From assembly GCA_010909165.1 (NCBI GenBank), contig VJWM01000117.1, positions 310,001 through 374,000 of the forward strand: a DNA stretch of 64,000 bases. Reading direction: 5' to 3'. The notes beneath the pieces are model-generated. The model was not told the origin of the DNA. It ran no database searches and saw nothing but the letters and a program-made list of their open reading frames with translations. Shown here one piece after another: positions 60,882 to 64,000 of the stretch (positions are counted from its first letter, which is position 1; each line of letters starts with the position of its first letter). The DNA is from Anthoceros angustus. Taxonomy: Eukaryota > Plantae > Anthocerotophyta. The position numbers and the translations under genes are program-made.

Positions 60882-62419
60882 CACTACAAGAAAATGAGGG
60901 TTTTTACAACGGTTTTTACAACGGGTGTTACAACGCGGCGTTGTAAAACGGCGCAACAACGCCGTTGTAAACCGAGAGCTTGATGACGTTGTAAAATTGC
61001 TGACATGGCCGCCCAGCATTAAAGTGGTGATGTGGCGCCATCACCGCCACCGCCACATCACCAAGTGATGACATGGCATGTTGCCACATGGCCTTCATTG
61101 CCACATCATCGTGTGATGACGCGTGGCATAATTTGATGACATGGCTCATTGCCACATCACCATGTGATGTGGTGCCATTTTACAAAACCATCTACAACAT
61201 CCCAATTGCAAAAGCAATTACAACATCTAAGTTTTGAGACGTTGGTGGGTACAACGCGCTTTACAACGACTGCTTTACAAAACCATCTACAACATCCCAA
61301 TTGCAAAAGCAATTACAACATCTAAGTTTTGAGACGTGTGGGTACAACGCGCTTTACAACGACTGCTTTACAAAACCATCTACAACATCCCAATTGCAAA
61401 AGCAATTACAACATCTAAGTTTTGAGACGTCTTGTGGGTACAACGCTTTACAACGACTGCTTTACAAAACCATCTACATCCCAATTGCAAAAGCAATTAC
61501 AACATCTAAGTTTTGAGAGCGTCCTGGTACAACGCGCTTTACAACGACTGCTTTACAAAACCATCTACAACATCCCAATTGCAAAAGCAATTACAACATC
61601 TAAGTTTTGAGACGCTGTGGGTACAACGCGCTTTACAACGACTGCTTTACAAAACCATCTACAACATCCCAATTGCAAAAGCAATTACAACATCTAAGTT
61701 TTGAGACGTCTGTGGGTACAACGCGCTTTACAACGACTATTTTACAAAACCATCTACAACATCCCAATTGCAAAAGCAATTACAACATTTAAATTACAAC
61801 GCCTTTTAAGTAATATATATATATATATAAAGACTTTTAAACAAAAATAAATATTATTAATAACACAAATATCTATTTTCAGCTTCTTTAAATGGGGCAT
61901 ATTTACAACAAGTGTTTTACAACGCCCTTTGTTGTAAATTTTGTATCTTGCACCTTGTTGTGCATTAGTGGGACACGAGAAATGGAATGCTACTACCAAA
62001 TGCAAGCGATTCTAAACCCCAAAATGAACACAGATCCTCACACAAATCCACACATTCAACTCACACAACTCACAACGGCCCACAAAACTCGCAAACCCAC
62101 ACTCTCACATAATCAGCCACAGCTCACGCTCATAGGCTCAGCCCACTGCTCGCCACAAGCTCACAAGCTCACCACAGCTCACAAGCCTCCACGCTCTCAC
62201 AAGCTCGCCTCACAAGCTCACAAGCTATCGCCTCGCCTCACAAGCTCAGGCTTTCACAGCTCACGGCTCGCCTCACAGTTCTGTGCTCGGCTCACTCTCC
62301 CTCTCACAAGCTCAAGGCTCAATTTTCAAGGCTCTGTGCCCGGCTCACAAGCTCTCTGTGTGCTCATAGGCTCACACGCTCACAAGGCTCGCACACACTC
62401 TTGCAGGCTCGCATAGAAA

Positions 62420-62453
<34 letters not shown>

Positions 62454-64000
62454 TAAACACACAAACATAGAAGCCATTCCCACACACAGACTACAACAAA
62501 CATGGGGGCCATTCCCCTGCACACACACTCACAAACATTGGGGCCATTCCCCTAGACACACACAAAGGGGACATTCCCCACAAAAAGCCAGTATCATTAT
62601 CAATTTCTAAGAGTTTCTAAGGAGCAACTAAAAGAAAGCACCAAACCAGTATTCCTCGCTCCTTGATCTCTTCAAATTACACTTCGAAGTTGAAGCCTCA
62701 TTTCCCTTCCTCTTCATGCTCTTCACCCTTGATGACTTGAGCTCTTTGGCGTAGTCCGACCTAGCTTCACAAAGAAGGCGTTGAGCTTCAAGTTCTGCCC
62801 GTCTGAGAGGCCATGAGATTGAAAAACTTTTCCGCATTTAGAGGGATACCTCAACCTCTTCAAATTCTTCCACCTCTTCCATGAGATGGAGTGGTTCAAC
62901 TTCAACAAGTACTTCATCGTGGCTTGCCACCACCACACTTGGGAGGTTAAGGCTTCCCACCCGAGGCGGAGGCCACACCCCGATTCTGCAAGAATCGAAT
63001 ATGTTACCAAGAAGCCGTGTTACAACAAATGACTTGAAAGATCTTCTATAAGAACTGAGGAGAAAGATCCTCACTTAACCCGGGCTTCAATCTAGGCACC
63101 AAATTGTCCAAAAACCAGCCATTATCATCCACTTGCTTGCGCTCAATGCCGATTATACGGCTCCTATGGCAAATCCAAAAAGAGTTAAAATAGGACAATC
63201 AAAACTTGCAAAGACATCAAATCAAAATCTTACCATCCAAATCATCATCTTTGTAACCAGCATCCTTGAGGTCCCCGCCACAATTGTTTGGCACCTATTC
63301 TGGTTGGAGCCAAACGCCGGATGAGGAAGATTGGCCCAATATGTTTCAAGTTTTATTATCCAATTTCCGGCCTTCTTGCCACTCTCTCTCTTGCTGTAGG
63401 ACGCCTACCAAAGAGTTGGTAAAACCGATTTGTAACTTCACAAACCCACCATTACCAAAGTGGGCATACGGGCATCCGAGTTCAACTTCCTCAACATTGC
63501 TATGCGTTTTGTGACATCTCCATCCCCTTGGCTTTTCATTCTCCACAATGCGATCCCATCGGTCACCGAGATATCACGAGGCTTATACTTAGGTGGATGA
63601 TTACCCTCAAGAAATTGTCTTGCGATCTTGCAAGATTGTTCTTCCAATTGCGCAACATGGTGTTGAACATTTGGTCACACACATGAGCCATGCTCCAAAT
63701 CCCACCAACATCTCTTGAATGGCCTCCACAATTGCTTGTGTCTCTAGTTTCTCTCCGGTTGCCAATCAATGGATCCATGAAGTGCCGCATTACCCACCTC
63801 AACCGAAATTGGAGCACTTCATATTGTATGAATCTTCTTTAATCCAACCTGACACATGAGAAGGAAAACATCAGAATATGCTTGTACATGCCGTGCAGGC
63901 ATGTGGCCTGTAAGTGGCATGTATAGGCCACATGCTTGTACAGGCACATGCCTGTACAGGCATGTGGCATGTACATCCTTGTACAGGTTAGCCAAGCAGG
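60882..64000. mobile_element. CACTA element, left arm and internal region, continuing beyond the window
   Basis: CACTACAAGAAAA at 60882 with the same subterminal motifs and arrays. Unique internal sequence after 63360 has minus-strand coding-like fragments. Confidence 0.88.

Larger units (their letters stand above)
55185..63360. repeat. ~4.1 kb tandem duplication (55185-59278 and 59279-63360) spanning the host repeat and the CACTA left arm
   Basis: Collinear copies offset by ~4.1 kb. TTTTATTATC occurs at 55185, at the junction 59279 and at 63351. Confidence 0.9.

Overview
Nuclear DNA from a gene-dense land plant with flagellated sperm. An intact axonemal dynein, ~70-130 bp introns and PLS-class PPR genes with a PGQSWWTD box suggest a hornwort or other seed-free plant (inference). 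1-31.5 kb is a compact housekeeping block: partial peroxisomal-type enoyl-CoA hydratase (-), DNAH1-like inner-arm dynein heavy chain (+, ~18 kb, roughly 60 short introns by estimate), CDI-like glycosyltransferase (-), GH85 ENGase (-), TRAPPC2/sedlin (+, with a U12 AT-AC intron), a tandem-repeat-rich AT island, and intronless tepsin/MTV1 (+). 31.6-45.1 kb holds a 1.5 kb tandem duplication, a PPR pseudogene broken by a decayed MULE transposase, and two head-to-head PLS-E-DYW:WW-type PPR genes. The larger one has an OSB-type 'PDF' ssDNA-binding motif fused N-terminal to its PPR array and a degenerate DYW deaminase; this is the top finding. 45.4-64 kb is nested repeat: a ~6 kb unit in two tandem copies carrying a PLATZ-like gene relic. 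Copy 2 holds an internally deleted copia-like LTR element and a CACTA element, and part of it is duplicated again (4.1 kb). Several duplications have 4-10 bp junction microhomologies. Repeat copies show many 1-4 bp indels typical of unpolished long reads, so single frameshifts are uncertain.
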